Source: an uncultured Acidobacteriota bacterium
GTDB taxonomy: Bacteria > Acidobacteriota > JAQAZP01
Reading direction: 5' to 3'
Assembly (NCBI GenBank): GCA_963836075.1
Contig: CAWIIB010000009.1
Coordinates: 64,001 to 128,000, forward strand
DNA length: 64,000 nt
In this document: one piece after another, positions 51,637 to 64,000 of the stretch
Layout: every line of letters starts with the position of its first letter
Numbering within the stretch: position 1 is the stretch's first letter
The notes under the pieces: generated by a model
Database searches by the model: none
Told to the model about the DNA's origin: nothing
What the model saw: the letters and a program-made list of their open reading frames with translations, nothing else
Made by a program: the position numbers and the translations under genes

Positions 51637-51819
51637 TCAGCCGCCGATGGACGCGCCGCCGCCGGTCTCCGCCTCGGAGACGCAATTCTTCAGCTCTTCC
51701 TCGGTGGCCTCGGATTTCTTTTTCAGAGCGCTCTGGGGGCAGATGAACTCATCCCCATTGGCGTTCTTGACGATGATGAAGCTCTCTTTTCTGCCGGTGA
51801 ACGTTTCGACGTCGGACAT
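51637..51819 (-). CDS. Small (60 aa) hypothetical protein
   Basis: RBS ggaggaagaaca-ATG; VKNANGDEFICPQSALKK..EATEEELKNCV; followed by a terminator. Confidence 0.65.
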   Translation of the reverse strand: MSDVETFTGRKESFIIVKNANGDEFICPQSALKKKSEATEEELKNCVSEAETGGGASIGG

Positions 51820-51943
51820 TGTTCTTCCTCCTGGTGGGGGTTTCATGAAACCGTAAAAATGGAGCCGTGCTCCATTGTCGATCCTGGGTTCAGTATAATA
51901 GATAGAGTACGTAGATCAAAGGTTACAAATAAAAGGATTTTTT

Positions 51944-52594
51944 ATGCCATTTACAACCGTCGAGGGCGAGGACCGGGGGGAGGTGCGGGTCTTCACCATG
52001 TCCACCTGTGCCTGGTGCGACAAGATGAAGGGGCTGCTGAACAACCACAACGTCAAGTATCACTACGTGGACCTCGACCGCCTCGAAGAGGAGGAGCGGG
52101 ACGACATCACCGCCTACCTCGACTCGGTCTACGCCGAGTGGGGCTTCCCCTGCATGCTTTTCGATTCCAGAATCCTGATCGTCGGCTACCAGGAAAAGGA
52201 GATCCGCGAGGCACTGGGCCTTCCCGAAACCGGCGGCGAACCGGTGGAGCCGCCGGCGGAGCCGGCCAGCGAAAAGGTCGGGATGATCATCGAGCGGCTG
52301 CAGCGGTTCGCCGAGAAGAAGAACGCTTCGCTCAACCCGGACCGCAACGTGACGGTGAAGCTGGTCAACGGCCTGCTGGAGAACCAGGAACGCTACGGCT
52401 ACTGGGCCTGCCCCTGCATGCTGGCCGCCGGCAGGCGGGAGGAGGACCGGGACATCATCTGCCCCTGCCACTACTGGGAGGATGACGCGAACGAATTCGG
52501 CGCCTGTTTCTGCGGCCTCTTCGTCTCGCAGAAGGTCATCTCCGGCGAGATGACCCTGCGCACGGTCCCCGAGCGTCGCAAAAAGAAGAAATAG
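51944..52594 (+). CDS. Glutaredoxin fused to ferredoxin-thioredoxin reductase catalytic subunit
   Basis: N-terminal CAWC plus GFP Grx domain; Pro/Glu linker; C-terminal CPC...CPC...CFC FTR-c motif. Confidence 0.88.
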   Translation: MPFTTVEGEDRGEVRVFTMSTCAWCDKMKGLLNNHNVKYHYVDLDRLEEEERDDITAYLDSVYAEWGFPCMLFDSRILIVGYQEKEIREALGLPETGGEPVEPPAEPASEKVGMIIERLQRFAEKKNASLNPDRNVTVKLVNGLLENQERYGYWACPCMLAAGRREEDRDIICPCHYWEDDANEFGACFCGLFVSQKVISGEMTLRTVPERRKKKK

Positions 52595-52600
52595 CCCCCT

Positions 52601-55600
52601 CTAAGCTCGAATCCTGAAGAAGATCGCGTAGAGCACCGGCACCACGATCAGGGTCAGCACCGTGGCGAACCCCAGGCCGAACATGATGGTCACCGCCATG
52701 GCGATGAAGAAGGCGTCGCTGAGCAGCGGCGCCATGCCCAGAATGGTGGTGATGGCGGCCATCAACACCGGGATCAGGCGGCTGACCCCCGAGTCGACGA
52801 TGGCCTGGAACCCCGGCTTGCCGCTGGCCACCTCCTGGTCGATCTGGTCGATGAGCACGATGGCGTTCTTGATCAGCATCCCGGAGAGGCTGAGCAGTCC
52901 CAGCAGCGACATGAAGCCGAAGGGCTGGTCGAAGAGCAGCAGTCCGGCGGTCACGCCGATCAGCGCCAGGGGCACACAGAGCCAGATGATTGCCGTCTTC
53001 TTCAGCGAGTTGAAGAGGACAATGACGATGAGCACCATCAACCCGAAAAAGATCGGCAGCGTCGATGAGAGGGCAGCCTGGGCCATGGATGATTGTTCGG
53101 CCTCGCCGCCCCAGGCCATGAAGTAGCCGGGTTTGTCTTTCAGCGGCCACTTGGCGTTCTTCGCCAACGGCAACGTCGCGGCGGTGTAGTCGGCAAATGG
53201 ATCCTCCCCCGGCGCAAACTGCTTGCCCAGCACCGCGGCCACGTCTACGTTCAACTCCCGTTCCATCGCCGGTTTGAGCGTGGCCAGAAGATCGGCCGGC
53301 AGGCCCTCGCGCGGCTCGGTGTGGAAGCGGATCATTTTGGAGCGGTCGAAGCGCCAGATGTGGGGATTCTCGAATTCGGTCTCGAACGAACGGACCACCT
53401 GGCCGGCGGGAATCATCCGCTGCGCCGCGGGGCTCCAGACCTGGATCGCGAAGAGGCTGTCCATGTCGGTGCGTTCCGGCTGGGGCGAACGGGCGATGAT
53501 CGGCAGCAGTTCGTCATTCTCGCGATAGACCCCGGTTACGGTCCCCTCCACCGCCGACTCGAGGGACTGGGCCAGCATCGAGCGGGTGACCCCGGCCCGG
53601 CGGGCCTGGGCCTCGGCCAGCTGCGGCCGCAGCACCTTGACCTTGTTGCCCCACTCGTTGCGCAGGGCCTTGACGTTCGGATCGGAGTCGAATACCGCTT
53701 TCGCCCGGGCGGCCAGCAGCTGCAGTTCGTCCGCATCGGGGCCGATCAGGCGCAACTGGATCTTGCCGCCGGTGGCCGGACCGTTGACGAACATCCGGAC
53801 GTTGACCAGGGCAGCGGGCAGCGCTTTCTCCAGACGGCCCTGCATCTCCTGGATCATGGCGGGGACTTTCTTGTAGTCGTCCACGTCGAAGAGCAGCTGG
53901 GCAAAGGCCGAGCTGGGCATTTCGGTGGGATAGGTCAGCAAAAACCGCACCTGGGCGCCGCCGACAAAAGTGGTGACATGTTCGACCCCTTCCATGGCGG
54001 CGGCCACCTCTTCGGCAATGGCGGCCTGGCGCGTCGTCTCGTCGATGTGCGTCCCTTCGGGAAGCCAGAGATCGACAAAGAACTGGGGCCGGGTGGAATC
54101 GGGGAAGAAGCTCTGCTTCACCGAGCCGAAGCCGATTATCGCCGCGATGAACAGGCCCACAACCACGGCCATGGTGATCCAGCGGTGGCGGATGCTGGCC
54201 GAAAGAAAAGCGCTGTAGCCGCGGAAGAGGACACCGCCGTAAGGGTCTTTTGCTTTCTCTCCCTCCTTGAGCGGGGCCTCCTTCTTGAGAAAGGTTTTGC
54301 AGAGCAGCGGCGTAATGGTCACCGCCGTGACCCAGCTGAGCAGCAGTGAGATGAGGATCACGGTGAACAGCGAACGGCAGTATTCCCCGGTTGCGTCCTG
54401 GGAAGTGCCGATGGAGGCGAAGGCGGTGATCGCCACGATGGTGGCGCCGAGCAGCGGCACCGCGGTCTGGCTCACCACGGCCTTGGCCGCGGACAGCGCG
54501 TCCTCGCCCTGCTTCATTCTCATCCGCATGCCGTCAGTGACCACGATGGCGTTGTCCACCAGCATACCCAGGGCGATGATCAGCGCGCCGAGGGAGATCC
54601 GCTCCAGGGTCACCTCCTTCATGCTCATGAAGATGAAGGTGCCCATGATGGTGATCAGCAGCACGGCGCCGATGATCAGCCCCGAGCGAAGCCCCATGAA
54701 GATCAGCAGCACCACCACCACGATGAGGATCGCCTCCACCAGGTTGATCAGGAAGCCGTTGATTGCCACCTTCACCGTCTCCGACTGCAGGGAGATGATG
54801 TGCATATCGATGCCCAGCGGTGCCATCGGCTCCAGCTGGCGGAACCGTTCGCCCAGCGCCTCGCCCATGTTCACCACGTTGCCCCCCTCCACCGTGGAGA
54901 TGGCCAGGCCGATGGCCGGTTGGCCGTCGTAGCGCAGGATGGTGGAGGCCGGCTCCTGGTACCCGCGGCGGATCACGGCCACGTCCCTGAGGTAGACCAG
55001 CTGGTCACTCCTCAGCTGCTGGCTGGAGATGAGCAGGTCGCCGAACTCCTGCTCGGAGGTGAACTCACCGGTGGGGTTGACCGCGATGTACTCGGCGCCC
55101 AGGGTGAGATTGCCCGCCGGGGCCGGCAGGTTTTTCGAAGCCAGCGAGTTGTAGATGTCCTGGGGGGAGATGCCCAGTTCGGCCATCTTCTCCCGCCGCA
55201 TTTCGACGTAGACCGCCTCCGGCTGGTTGCCGTAGAGCACGATCTTCTTCACGTCCTGGACGGTGAGCAGCTCGCGCTGGAGGAACTTGGCGTAGTCGTA
55301 GATCTCCTTGTAGGAGTACCCCTCGCCGGTGAGCGCCATGTAGATGCCGAACACATCGCCAAAGTCGTCGTTGACGACGGACGGCCCGGCCCCGGGGGGC
55401 AACTGCCGCTGGGCGTCACCCACCTTGCGCCTCAGCTCATCCCAGACCTGGGGCAGCAGGTTCTTGTCGTAACGGTCCTTGATGAAGACATAGACAATGG
55501 AACGACCGCGGGAGGAGCGCGACTCGAGCCACCAGAGCTGGCCCAGTTCCTGGCAGGCCATTTCGATGACATTGGTCACCTCCTCCTCCACCTCGGCCGC

Positions 55601-55765
55601 CGAAGCGCCCGCGTAGGGAGTGACCACCGAGGCCTGCTTGATGGTGAACTCGGGATCCTCCAGGCGGCTGAGACCGTTGAAGGAGACCCACCCGGCGACC
55701 ACGATCAGGACGGTCATGACCCAGGTGATGACGCTCTTCTTTATCGACAGTTCGGCGATGTTCAT
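52601..55765 (-). CDS. RND efflux permease (AcrB/AcrD/AcrF family)
   Basis: RLEDPEFTIK, ALGMLVDNAIVV, 12-TM layout, 1054 aa. Confidence 0.95.
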   Translation of the reverse strand: MNIAELSIKKSVITWVMTVLIVVAGWVSFNGLSRLEDPEFTIKQASVVTPYAGASAAEVEEEVTNVIEMACQELGQLWWLESRSSRGRSIVYVFIKDRYDKNLLPQVWDELRRKVGDAQRQLPPGAGPSVVNDDFGDVFGIYMALTGEGYSYKEIYDYAKFLQRELLTVQDVKKIVLYGNQPEAVYVEMRREKMAELGISPQDIYNSLASKNLPAPAGNLTLGAEYIAVNPTGEFTSEQEFGDLLISSQQLRSDQLVYLRDVAVIRRGYQEPASTILRYDGQPAIGLAISTVEGGNVVNMGEALGERFRQLEPMAPLGIDMHIISLQSETVKVAINGFLINLVEAILIVVVVLLIFMGLRSGLIIGAVLLITIMGTFIFMSMKEVTLERISLGALIIALGMLVDNAIVVTDGMRMRMKQGEDALSAAKAVVSQTAVPLLGATIVAITAFASIGTSQDATGEYCRSLFTVILISLLLSWVTAVTITPLLCKTFLKKEAPLKEGEKAKDPYGGVLFRGYSAFLSASIRHRWITMAVVVGLFIAAIIGFGSVKQSFFPDSTRPQFFVDLWLPEGTHIDETTRQAAIAEEVAAAMEGVEHVTTFVGGAQVRFLLTYPTEMPSSAFAQLLFDVDDYKKVPAMIQEMQGRLEKALPAALVNVRMFVNGPATGGKIQLRLIGPDADELQLLAARAKAVFDSDPNVKALRNEWGNKVKVLRPQLAEAQARRAGVTRSMLAQSLESAVEGTVTGVYRENDELLPIIARSPQPERTDMDSLFAIQVWSPAAQRMIPAGQVVRSFETEFENPHIWRFDRSKMIRFHTEPREGLPADLLATLKPAMERELNVDVAAVLGKQFAPGEDPFADYTAATLPLAKNAKWPLKDKPGYFMAWGGEAEQSSMAQAALSSTLPIFFGLMVLIVIVLFNSLKKTAIIWLCVPLALIGVTAGLLLFDQPFGFMSLLGLLSLSGMLIKNAIVLIDQIDQEVASGKPGFQAIVDSGVSRLIPVLMAAITTILGMAPLLSDAFFIAMAVTIMFGLGFATVLTLIVVPVLYAIFFRIRA

Positions 55766-55781
55766 CGGCAGCCCGTCCCCC

Positions 55782-56924
55782 TCACTGGTTCAGCGAGCGG
55801 ATCTGCATTCCCTCGCTGAGGCGGCTCACCGCGCTGACCGCCACCGTCTCGCCGGCCTCGAGACCGCTGACGATGATGATCTGGTCTGTTCCGGTCAGTT
55901 CTCCGGTGGTCACGGCCCGACGGGAAACGGTCATCGATTCCGGATCCACCACCCAGAGGAATTTCCCCTGGTTCTCGTCGTCAAAAACCGCCGCCGCGGG
56001 GATCACCACCGCGGCCCCGGCTTCACCGGTGGGGTCGCCCTGAATCACCACGGTGGCCGTCATCCCGGGCAACACGGTCAACCCCTCGGGACTGGGCATG
56101 CCCAGGGTCACCCGGTAGGTCTGGGTGGCCGGATCGGCCTGGTTGGCCACTTCCTCCACATCCAGCTCGAACTCGCGGTTCGGGTCGGCCTCGAACCGGG
56201 CCACCAGGCGGAATTCGGCCCCGTCTTCGGCTTCGTTCCTGCCCTCGCCACGAGCCCGGGCGATGAGCATTTCCGGTACATCGACCTCGATCTTCAGCCG
56301 AGTGACATCGACCAGGCTGAGCACCGGCTGACGCGGCCGCACGTCCTGGAAGTTCTCCACGAAAGTGGTGCCCACCCGACCGGAAAAGGGCGCCCGCAGG
56401 CTGGTGTCGGCCAGGTTCGCTTCAGCGGTGTCCACGGCCGAGGCGGCCACGTCCCGCACTGCCCGAGCCTGATCCAGCTGGGTGGCCGGAATGGCTTCTT
56501 TCTCATAGAGCGCCGCCATGCGCTCGAAGTCGGCCCGCGCCCGCTGGTACTCGGCCCGGGCGCTGGAAAGACGGATCTCGAAATCGCGGGGATCGATGCG
56601 CGCCACCACCTGGCCCTTGCGGATGGCGTCACCCTCCTTGACCGGGAAGGTGATCAATGGCCCACCGACACGGAAGGAGAGATCAACCTGGTTGGTGGCT
56701 TCCACCCGGCCGGGAAAACTCCGCTCTCCCACGTCTCCGCCCCCGGCCACGATCAACGTTTTCACCGGGCGGACCACCGGGGCCTGCTCCACCACCGGTT
56801 CACCGCCGCAGGACCCGAGCAGCAGCACCATGATGAGAACGACCGGACCGTGGACCCATGCCGCCTTGTTCCTGCCGATGTTCATCTCTCGACCTCGTCC
56901 TTTTGTTACAGTCGTTTGATTCAT
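55782..56924 (-). CDS. RND periplasmic adaptor (membrane fusion protein)
   Basis: Lipobox LLGSC, LSFRVGG..V.EG..V..GQ, LRAPFSG.V, LPGMTA; start may be 56885. Confidence 0.92.
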   Translation of the reverse strand: MNQTTVTKGRGREMNIGRNKAAWVHGPVVLIMVLLLGSCGGEPVVEQAPVVRPVKTLIVAGGGDVGERSFPGRVEATNQVDLSFRVGGPLITFPVKEGDAIRKGQVVARIDPRDFEIRLSSARAEYQRARADFERMAALYEKEAIPATQLDQARAVRDVAASAVDTAEANLADTSLRAPFSGRVGTTFVENFQDVRPRQPVLSLVDVTRLKIEVDVPEMLIARARGEGRNEAEDGAEFRLVARFEADPNREFELDVEEVANQADPATQTYRVTLGMPSPEGLTVLPGMTATVVIQGDPTGEAGAAVVIPAAAVFDDENQGKFLWVVDPESMTVSRRAVTTGELTGTDQIIIVSGLEAGETVAVSAVSRLSEGMQIRSLNQ

Positions 56925-59347
56925 TGGCCCTGCCCCTCCCGACTCGCGGCCGCCGCAGCTTCGACCTGCTCGATGAGCCGTTCCATGTCACCGGGCTCCA
57001 GCTCGTCCTCGAACAGGGAAATGGCCCGCTGCAGGGCCACCAGGTCGAGAAGAAATTCGTAGCGGGCGATGGTGGCTTCCTGCTCGGCAACGAACTGCTG
57101 GTTCTGCGCCGAATCGAGGTCGGTGACATTGACCACACCCTCGGCGTATTTCTCCTGCACCAGCTCGAGGTTTTTCGCCGCCACTTCCGCCGACTCACGG
57201 CTGAGAGCGATCCGCGCAAAAGAGCTGGCCACCCGGTTCAGCGCCGTGCGGGTCTGCTGCTCCACCAGTTCGCCGGCCAGGGCCAGCTGCCGCTCCAGCC
57301 CCTCCAGCTCGGCCTTGCCCTTGGCCCGCGCCGCCGCCTTGCGTCCGCCCTCGAAGAAGGGGTAGGACGCGCCCACCATGAAGCCATAGGAGTCGTCCCC
57401 GTCGGGGAAGGTGTTCACATCGCCGCTGATCAGCTCGTTGGCATAGTAGAGATCGACGAAGAAGGAGGGCAGAAAGTAGCTCCGGCCCAGCTGGGCCAGG
57501 CCGATCTCCTGCGCTTCCATGGTCCTGGCCAGAGCGTGCATCTCCGGGGAGCGCTCCAGGGCCATCTCCACCATTGCGTCGCGCAGCGCCTGGCGGTGCG
57601 GGGGATCACGCAGGACCTGGTCGAGCCTCCCGCCGGCAAAGTAAAACTCCTCTTGCACCTCGATCTCCCGCGGCCGCCAGCGCCGGTCCTGGGCCGTGCC
57701 GAGGGTCTGGTTCAGGGCGATCATGGCATTGGCAACGCTCTGGGCGCTGCGCATCAACTGGCTGCGCTCATTGGCCAGCTGGGCCTCCCAGCGGTAGATC
57801 TCGTCACGGCCCGAATACCCCACCTCCAGGCGCAGGTTCGCCAGCTCCAGGTTTTCACGGGTCAATCTGATATTTTCCGTCCGCACCTTGTACAGCGCCC
57901 GGGCCAGGGCCAGGCCGAGGAAAGTCTCGCCGGCGGCGGCCCGAATATCCAGACGCGTACTTTCATACATCTCGGCCCCGGCCTCGCTGAGGCGCTTGGA
58001 GGCCCGCCAGTTCGACACCGATTGGTCGTCATAGATCATCTGGCGCAGCGCGGCACGGCCCATGGTGGAGCCGTCGGCGGCGATACCGGCGTTGGTGAAG
58101 GTCGCCAGGGAATCGGTCCGGGCATGGGCAAAATCGGCCTGCATCTGGGGCAGAAGCGGGCTGCGGAACAGCTTCTCATCCTGCTCGATGCTCATGAGAC
58201 GGCTCTGTTCCACGGCCAGCGTCGTGTTGCCGGCCTCGGCCATTCTCATCGCCTCCTCCAGGCTCAACTCCTCCGCGTCACCTTCAAAGGCCTCCTCGTC
58301 GAGAAAGGACGCGTAGAGCCGTGTTTCGGGGTCCGGGGTGTAGCCCACGGCCACGGCAGTGCGGGCATTGATCAGCAACATACTGTCCACCGTGAGCAGC
58401 ACCGGCAGGTCGCCCGTGGTCTCGCCACGGATCAGCCGGCTGAGGTTGAGCGCCGCCCGGCGCACCGCCTGGTCGGTGATATCGGGGGAGAGTGCACCCA
58501 GCACACCCAGGTGAACATCCGAATGGCCAATGAGACTGAAGGTCGGGATACCGCGCCCGGTGAGGCTGTCGATCAGCTGTTTGCGATCAGTGGTGGAGAG
58601 CCGGGGCATCCCGGTGAGATAAACCGCCTCGATGCTGTCGCCAAGGGAGGCGAGAAGGGCATCGGCGTCAGCACCTGCAGGAATGGTGACCAGATGTGTA
58701 TCCAGCTGCTGCTCCATCTTTGCGATGTCCGCGGTGATGTCCCCGGCGGCGGCAAGATCGGTTTCGCCGGCGAGGACATGCAGCGTCTCAAACGGAATCA
58801 GCGAGTGGAAAAGCTCCACGTCGTTGATGACCCGCGAGGGCATGGCGATGAAGGCAAGGTTCCTTTTTGCCGAGTGGTTGTCTGCGGTTCGCGGCAGGTG
58901 CATGAGGTCGGCCCGCTGTACATAGACCGAGACCACCGGTTTGGCGAGGGTCATGCCGTCACCGGCGGCGGCCATGGTGACCATTGCACCGTCCACCAGC
59001 ACCAGGTCCACTTCGGGGTCGGCCAGGGCCGCTTCCAGGGCGGCCGCCGCGTTCGCCGCATCCCACCCGGCGTCAAAAGCCGGGTCGCGCTTGAACTTCG
59101 CGGTGTAGTAGCCCGGCAGGTGCGAGTTCAGCTCGGCCTCCACCATAACCGCCAGAGCACTCGCTGGATCGGGCGGCGGGCCGTCACGGACCACGGCAAT
59201 GGTGAATGACTGCTCCCCCGTTGCCGGCGCGGCCAGTGCACTCCCGGCCCACACCAGCGCCAGGGCCCCCAGGACCAGGACGGCAAGGAATGTCCCCCGC
59301 CGGGATACCCTGCGTTCAAAGATACGCTTGTTCACAGTGTTCCTCAT
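56921..59347 (-). CDS. TolC-family outer-membrane factor with an N-terminal periplasmic-binding-protein-like domain
   Basis: C-terminal ~450 aa has the OEP pattern (LSLEEA, YFLP, KYAEG...DL..AQ); N-terminal ~350 aa resembles ABC substrate-binding domains (IPTFS..G...V..GVL, LLINARTA..VG). Confidence 0.85.
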   Translation of the reverse strand: MRNTVNKRIFERRVSRRGTFLAVLVLGALALVWAGSALAAPATGEQSFTIAVVRDGPPPDPASALAVMVEAELNSHLPGYYTAKFKRDPAFDAGWDAANAAAALEAALADPEVDLVLVDGAMVTMAAAGDGMTLAKPVVSVYVQRADLMHLPRTADNHSAKRNLAFIAMPSRVINDVELFHSLIPFETLHVLAGETDLAAAGDITADIAKMEQQLDTHLVTIPAGADADALLASLGDSIEAVYLTGMPRLSTTDRKQLIDSLTGRGIPTFSLIGHSDVHLGVLGALSPDITDQAVRRAALNLSRLIRGETTGDLPVLLTVDSMLLINARTAVAVGYTPDPETRLYASFLDEEAFEGDAEELSLEEAMRMAEAGNTTLAVEQSRLMSIEQDEKLFRSPLLPQMQADFAHARTDSLATFTNAGIAADGSTMGRAALRQMIYDDQSVSNWRASKRLSEAGAEMYESTRLDIRAAAGETFLGLALARALYKVRTENIRLTRENLELANLRLEVGYSGRDEIYRWEAQLANERSQLMRSAQSVANAMIALNQTLGTAQDRRWRPREIEVQEEFYFAGGRLDQVLRDPPHRQALRDAMVEMALERSPEMHALARTMEAQEIGLAQLGRSYFLPSFFVDLYYANELISGDVNTFPDGDDSYGFMVGASYPFFEGGRKAAARAKGKAELEGLERQLALAGELVEQQTRTALNRVASSFARIALSRESAEVAAKNLELVQEKYAEGVVNVTDLDSAQNQQFVAEQEATIARYEFLLDLVALQRAISLFEDELEPGDMERLIEQVEAAAAASREGQGQ

Positions 59348-59548
59348 GGATTCTGGTTAGCTGTTTTGCAATGTAAACCAATGAATTGATGTAGGTTTGT
59401 ATCATAGCATGCCCGTCGTCGGGAATACCACATCAAAAGTCTGACTGGGGCTCCAGGTCCGTGGTCTCGTGAAGGCGTGATTCGGGAGTCGGGGGAAGCT
59501 TCGGGCTCCACCCCCCGGCGCCTTCGACAGGGACGGCCGCCGGGAGGG

Positions 59549-62022
<2,474 letters not shown>

Positions 62023-62153
62023 GGTCTGACCTCCCGTCGTTGGCGGCCCAGCCCGGCAATGTGGGCGTTAACTATGTCTCCCCGGCGTGAGGTAGCCCAT
62101 GGCGTGATCCTCCACATCGCCTTTTCTCCCTTCCCTCTTTTCCTGGCCCTGCC

Positions 62154-63467
62154 TTACGATCCCGCCATGGACACCGGCTGGCCGGTGGTTCCGAGGACCC
62201 GCTGCCAGATTTCGCCTTCCGGATCGATCTGCTTGCGGCCGGAGGTGGCGAGGGAGATCGGCACATGGGTGAAGCGGTGGTTCCAGAAGCCGACGAACAT
62301 GCCGGTGCGCCCGGCCATGGCGGCATGGGCCGCGTGCTGCCCGAGGACCAGGCAAAAGGCCGAGTCGAACGCGTTGGCCGCCTTGCTGCGGATGGTGTAG
62401 CTCGGGTCGATATACTTCACATCCACCGGGATGCCGCGGGAAGAGAAGTGCTCGCGGATCTGGTCGCGCAGGACGATACCGATGTCGCCAAGCTTGACGT
62501 TGCCCGATGCATCCCTCCCGCCGCCGGCTGCCACCAACTCCTGCCCGGCACCCTCGGCAACGGCGATGACCGCATGCCGGCGATCGGCAAGCCGGTTCCC
62601 CAGCGCCTCGAGGAAACCGTCCCGCCCCTCCAGGGTGAAGGGGACCTCGGGGATGAGGCAGAAATTCACGTCCCCGTCGGCCAGCGTGGCGTGAGCAGCG
62701 ATGGATCCGCTGTGCCGCCCCATCAATTTGACCAGTCCGACGCCGTTCAACGCCGCCCGGGCTTCGTTGTGCGCGGCGGTCAGCGTGTCCTCCGCCTCGT
62801 CCACGGCAGTGGTGAAGCCAAAGGTCCGCTGTGTCCACATCAGGTCGTCGTCGATGGTCTTTGGCACACCGATGACGCCGATGTCGAGCCCGCGGCGCCG
62901 GATCTCCTCGGCAATGGCCAGGGCGCCGCGAAGGGTGCCGTCGCCACCGATGGTGAACAGGACCTGCAGGTCGTGCTCCACCAGCTGGTCGACCATCACC
63001 GCGGTATCCTGCGCGCCACGGGAGGTGCCGAGCATCGTCCCCCCCTGCCGGTGGATGTACTCCACCATCCCGGGGTCCAACTCCACCGGCTCTGCGGGGC
63101 ACTGGGGCATCAGGCCGTAGTAGCCGTAGCGGAAGCCGAGCACGCGATCGACGCCGTAAGCATGGTGCATGGTCAGAACGATGGAGCGGATGACGTCGTT
63201 GAGCCCCGGGCAGAGTCCGCCGCAGGTGACGATGCCGCAACCCACCTTCTCGGGCCGAAAGAAGATCTTCTCCCGCGGGCCGGCGGCCTCGAAATGCGGG
63301 GGTTCTTCTCCACGCTCGATGGCCTGCCGCTGCTCCCCGATCTGCTGCCCGATGAGTACGCCGTTGGCCACGGAGACGAAGTCCCGCCGTCCTACGAGCG
63401 GAGAGGGGAGGGTGGGTTCGCCGAGCGTCTCGATCACGAGACCCGTTTGGTCGGGCAGTAGTCTCAA
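62154..63467 (-). CDS. pfkA: ATP-dependent 6-phosphofructokinase
   Basis: VTCGGLCPGLNDVIR, IGGDGT, PKTIDDD, KLMGRHSG, KYIDPSYTIRS; TTG start after GGAGG. Confidence 0.92.
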   Translation of the reverse strand: MRLLPDQTGLVIETLGEPTLPSPLVGRRDFVSVANGVLIGQQIGEQRQAIERGEEPPHFEAAGPREKIFFRPEKVGCGIVTCGGLCPGLNDVIRSIVLTMHHAYGVDRVLGFRYGYYGLMPQCPAEPVELDPGMVEYIHRQGGTMLGTSRGAQDTAVMVDQLVEHDLQVLFTIGGDGTLRGALAIAEEIRRRGLDIGVIGVPKTIDDDLMWTQRTFGFTTAVDEAEDTLTAAHNEARAALNGVGLVKLMGRHSGSIAAHATLADGDVNFCLIPEVPFTLEGRDGFLEALGNRLADRRHAVIAVAEGAGQELVAAGGGRDASGNVKLGDIGIVLRDQIREHFSSRGIPVDVKYIDPSYTIRSKAANAFDSAFCLVLGQHAAHAAMAGRTGMFVGFWNHRFTHVPISLATSGRKQIDPEGEIWQRVLGTTGQPVSMAGS

Positions 63468-63647
63468 GGGGTTACCTCCAGGCTTCACCGGCCGGCACCC
63501 GCTGCTCCGGCAGCAGCGGGTATCGTGCGGCAGTCCTTGACGTATCAGAGTAGTGACTGCTGATTTGGCGGTCAAGCGGGCCGATACCGGGGACCGGCTT
63601 CAGTCCTTCTTCGTCGGATCGGTGCTGCCCTTCAAGATTGAGTGGAC

Positions 63648-64000
63648 TTATTCCGGTGGAGACTCCAGGTCCGTGGTTTCATGGAGGCGTGACTCGGGAG
63701 CCGGGGGAAGTTCAGGGCTCCACCCGCCGCCCAGCGACTTGTAGAGCACCACCAGGTTCTGAACCAGGGTTCCCCGGCTGGACGCCAGCTGGTCCTGCTG
63801 GTTGAACAGCGAGCGCTGGGTATCGAGTACGTTCTGGAAGTTGGTCAAGCCGGCCATGTACTGGGTGCGCACCAGTTCCACCGATTTCCCGCTGGCCTCG
63901 GCGGCCTCGGCCAGCCTGTCCCGGCGCAGGGCCTGCTGGTGGAATTCCACCATGGCGTTTTCCACTTCCTCGAGGGCCAGGAGCACCTCCTGCTCGTAGG
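63648..64000 (-). CDS. Efflux outer-membrane factor (NodT/OprM family), 3' part
   Basis: LLALEEVENAM, QY.AGL..F.NVLD.QR, LYKSLGGGW; truncated by the window edge. Confidence 0.88.
   Translation of the reverse strand, partial: YEQEVLLALEEVENAMVEFHQQALRRDRLAEAAEASGKSVELVRTQYMAGLTNFQNVLDTQRSLFNQQDQLASSRGTLVQNLVVLYKSLGGGWSPELPPAPESRLHETTDLESPPE

Overview
High-GC bacterial chromosome segment, gene-dense, with no rRNA, tRNA, CRISPR array, integrase or transposase that I could recognise. An Acidobacteria-type VWA protein, a CRTAC1/ASPIC protein and an ECF43-kinase pair suggest Acidobacteriota (inference only). Left to right: BON protein; NitT/TauT ABC transporter; secreted Asp-box protein; acyltransferase; ECF sigma plus WD40 Ser/Thr kinase; a five-gene ferrosome-like (fez, P1B-6 ATPase) cluster behind a DtxR-like palindrome; racemase; ABC-2 exporter; a ~10.7 kb block bracketed by an ~80 bp imperfect direct repeat (S8 protease, UGA/selenocysteine peroxiredoxin with SECIS-like hairpin, PEP-utilising enzyme, YceI, PP2C); an aromatic carotenoid cluster (crtY-crtE-crtI-crtB-DUF2141-crtU-crtV-like); mvaD; cydAB; secreted proteins; a glutaredoxin-FTR fusion; an RND pump with an extended TolC; glgP; pfkA. 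The most novel-looking signals are a ~120 aa C-terminal domain shared by two unrelated secreted proteins 44 kb apart (candidate undescribed sorting/anchoring tag), the fez-like cluster, the isorenieratene-type cluster and two integrase-free direct-repeat scars. At least nine genes carry indels, probably long-read assembly errors, so frameshift and fusion calls need read-level checks.
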